A stretch of DNA of 63,008 bases, counting the filler, from Globobulimina sp. (taxonomy: Eukaryota): NCBI GenBank assembly GCA_003354225.1. It is 32 parts of 32 records of this genome, joined end to end, with 100 filler letters (N's around TTAATTAATTAA, not from the genome) between each part and the next. Parts side by side here need not be neighbours in the genome. Positions count along the whole stretch, not along the records: positions 61,139 to 63,008 come from PIVH01011048.1; 31 more parts are not named here. The stretch is one strand, 5' to 3'. Shown piece by piece: positions 62,168 through 63,008 of this stretch. The position numbers and the translations under genes were made by a program. Within the stretch, counting starts at the first letter, position 1. Each line of letters begins with the position of its first letter. The notes below the pieces were generated by a model, which did no database searches, was not told the origin of the DNA, and saw nothing but the letters and a program-made list of their open reading frames with translations.

Positions 62168-62376
62168 TATTAAACCGTCTGGCGAGTTAATCAACGGAAC
62201 AAATTTATTTACAAAGCAAGATAGCTTTTTGTTTTCTGCGTGGAAATATTATTTTTTTGGTGGATGAATTATGTGTGTATGGTATTGTATTAACAATAAA
62301 ACATACCGAAAACAAAAAACTATCTTGCTTTGTAAATAAATTTGTTCCGTTGATTAACTCGCCAGACGGTTTAATA
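62168..62376. mobile_element. MITE-like element D with ~69-bp TIRs
   Basis: 62168-62236 and 62308-62376 are reverse complements with one mismatch; ends TATTAAACCGTC.../...GACGGTTTAATA. Confidence 0.85.
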
Positions 62377-62682
62377 TGTGATGTATAGATGTTATATGCT
62401 AATATTAACACAATCACAAATACCCAAAATGGCTCTACCATGATCAAGCATCCATTTAAAAAGAACTAAAATTTTTGAGCTCACCAGGAATGCAGTCATG
62501 ATCAAGCCGTTAATGATTTTTGGCAATATTGGCAATTTACAACAATGATTTTTTAGTGATTTTGTCAAAAATTGGGTATGGCACCCGGTGACAAAGCAAG
62601 AGAAGTTTGAAAGATTGAATCGCGTATTACTGGTATTGGTATTAATTATTATGAAGAAATAAAATGGATACAAGACATGCAA

Positions 62683-62813
62683 TTGACTTTTTAGGTTCAC
62701 ACTTCTTTTGTGATTGGCAAGGTTTTTGGGTTAGCTAGAGTGGTTTTCAACTTTGAATACTAGGATTCGAATACACAAAAGAAGTGTTTAGAAGTGTGAA
62801 CCTAAAAAGTCAA
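62683..62813. mobile_element. MITE-like element E with perfect 24-bp inverted repeats
   Basis: ttgactttttaggttcacacttct / agaagtgtgaacctaaaaagtcaa. Confidence 0.7.
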
Positions 62814-63008
62814 ATGGATAGAAAATATCAGAAACAAAAGTGGTTAAAACAACAAAAAATAATTTAAAACTAACATCCTTAAACGATGATTTGTAGAAAG
62901 TTATGTCGGTTTTATGTATATTAAATATTAGCGATGCAATTTGGATGCTGATGGTGTAGTTGCAGTTGATATCAGGATGAGTTTCATTACCACGTCCACT
63001 CCTACAGA

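Noticed and set aside
62079-62447. Two opposite-strand ORFs sharing IKPSGELINGTNLFTKQDSFLFS
   Set aside because: A by-product of the MITE's inverted repeats

Overview
This window is not a continuous locus. It is 32 unrelated contigs of about 1.87 kb each, sorted by decreasing length (1874 to 1870 bp) and joined by 31 artificial 100-bp spacers (N44-TTAATTAATTAA-N44), so adjacency across spacers has no biological meaning. The DNA is AT-rich and eukaryotic, with short GT-AG introns (about 54-70 nt). Gene style suggests a protist, plausibly a foraminiferan or other rhizarian (inference only). Recognisable genes or fragments are a cellular RdRP, an XK-family/ankyrin protein, an mRNA capping enzyme homolog, a cathepsin L pseudogene, a CAMK half-kinase, DECR2, BAP31, a Rab1-like GTPase, MSH2, a cytosolic carboxypeptidase, ZUP1, a dual-specificity phosphatase, an SLC35F-like transporter, PA200/PSME4, a FUT8-like GT23, an ALG9 pseudogene and a Polinton-type pPolB, plus several MITE-like inverted repeats. 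The most unusual signals are: (1) an intact capping-enzyme homolog lacking the catalytic residues of both active sites; (2) a variant minimal hammerhead ribozyme upstream of a Penelope-like ORF; (3) an intronless DUF3987/MCM-like helicase module with a winged helix and an NLS; (4) an RdRP with a RanBP2-like zinc finger inserted in its core; (5) a carboxypeptidase contig that closes on itself (circle or tandem unit); (6) a bacterial-type secreted beta-propeller interrupted by a single in-frame TGA. All family assignments come from motif recognition by eye; no searches were run.
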